Assembly: GCF_006345805.1 (NCBI RefSeq)
Contig: NC_042997.1
Span: 22,320,001 to 22,384,000 of the forward strand
Reading direction: 5' to 3'
DNA length: 64,000 bases
Source of the DNA: Octopus sinensis
Taxonomy: Eukaryota
The position numbers were made by a program, and so were the translations under genes. This document shows positions 62,680 to 64,000 of the stretch, piece by piece (positions within the stretch are counted from its first letter, which is position 1; the number at the start of each line of letters is the position of its first letter). Below the pieces are notes generated by a model. The model was not told where the DNA came from and searched no databases. It saw only the letters and a list, made by a program, of their open reading frames with translations.

Positions 62680-64000
62680 GTAAGTATTCCTTCCTTAATG
62701 GATTGGTAAGTGATTTGGTACCGTTAACCTTTACCTCAACTCCTTATTTATATTTTTCTTTGTTGTTGTTGTTTATTGGTTGTTTTCTTTTTTTTTTTAG
62801 TTTGCTGTTTGCTAAAAAAAATAATTGTTTTGATATGTCCCTCGAGTTAACATGTCAAATCAACAAATCTGTCTGTGGTCATTGCTGTCTTAAGTTAACA
62901 CCTGAAATAATAACTGCTACATAAATGTTTGATAAATTATGTAACAAGCCATATTGTAATTAATAATCATTAATTGGTACATCTGTTAATAATAATCTAG
63001 GTAAATGAGTTAGAGGAAAGAGACAGACACATATCAATAATTCATAAAAATTAGTAATAGTGTTTCAAAGTGGTTATGTTTTCTGAGGCAAAATGGAGGA
63101 ATTTGGCATACTGCCATAACCATTTCATTCAACTGTTCTTGTACAAGTGCTAATGAGGGAACATTTATACAGTTGCTTAGTCTATTAAAAATAGCAGTCA
63201 AATCCCTATTATTGCCTTCCTAAAAATTCAATAACATTGGATAATGTAGTTCTAGATATGAGAAGATTAAACAAAACAAAAAAAAAAAGACCAAGAGGGA
63301 ATGGTCATGATTGGAATGTCTTTGATCATAAGTGTGCTGAATCAAAGCTGACTCGGGGTTAAGCAACAACCATTTCTGTAAGTATCTAAATTTAAAAATC
63401 CAGCTAAGTATGCCATCTTAGATATATATATCAGGTTATATAGAAAGTTCTGTTCAACTTTTAGCATTTATTTAAAAGTAAAACCATATTTTATACTGCA
63501 AATTTAATCATATCTTTTATCTTTTACTTGTTCCAGTCATTAGACTGAGGCCATGCTGGGGCATCACCTTGAACTTTTAGTCAAATAAGTCAATGCCAGT
63601 ACTTATTTTTTAAGCCTGGTACTTATTCTATCATTCTCTTTTGCTGAACTGCTAAGTTACAGGGACGCAAACACAGATATATATATATACTTACACACAT
63701 ACATACAACAGGCTTCTTTTAGTTTCCATCTATCAAATCCTCTCACAAGGCTTTGGTTGGCCTGAGGCTATGGAAGAAGAGACTTGCCCAAGGTGACTGA
63801 ACCTGGAACCATGTGGTTGCAAAGCAAGCTTTTCACATCACTTCTCTTTATGTTTGTAAGTCTTTGAACGCCTGATTTCAAAAAATTACTTGAGTTTTGA
63901 ATGAAAATATTCATTTGATTAATTTTCTGTTTTCCCTGCTGGCCATACTTTGTCTAATTTGTTTTGCTCCAAATAAGTAGAAGTCTGATGGAGCAAGATC

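Noticed and set aside
62688-62700. U12 branch-point-like TTCCTTAAT
   Set aside because: No matching U12 donor upstream and no coding exon follows; likely chance within a pyrimidine-rich intron.

Overview
This is AT-rich, repeat-dense eukaryotic genomic DNA; the SINE, LINE and microsatellite landscape suggests Octopus (inference). The window lies inside one + strand gene, a K-Cl cotransporter (SLC12A4-7/KCC family). I reconstructed 16 consecutive phase-compatible coding exons (1738 nt, about 579 aa) from TM6 ([12 protein letters not shown]) to the C-terminal ...FQMKP; the 5' and 3' ends of the gene lie outside the window. Three introns carry minor-spliceosome (U12) signatures: a 14.4 kb GT-AG intron (3433-17831), a non-canonical AT-AT intron (52403-53878), and a GT-AG intron (53969-55861). 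The last two flank a single 90-nt exon. A candidate 15-nt microexon follows the MKP exon. The introns hold degraded LINEs (CR1-, RTE-, R4/Dong- and Vingi-like), several tRNA-headed SINE families, a complete but degraded hAT element, a mariner, MITEs and Helentron-like HINEs. One tRNA-headed repeat carries a Penelope-type minimal hammerhead ribozyme motif and, in one copy, forms a TSD-flanked fold-back. Almost all ORFs in the supplied track are microsatellite or repeat artefacts. Exon, splice-site, TIR and TSD coordinates were counted base by base; other repeat boundaries are approximate.
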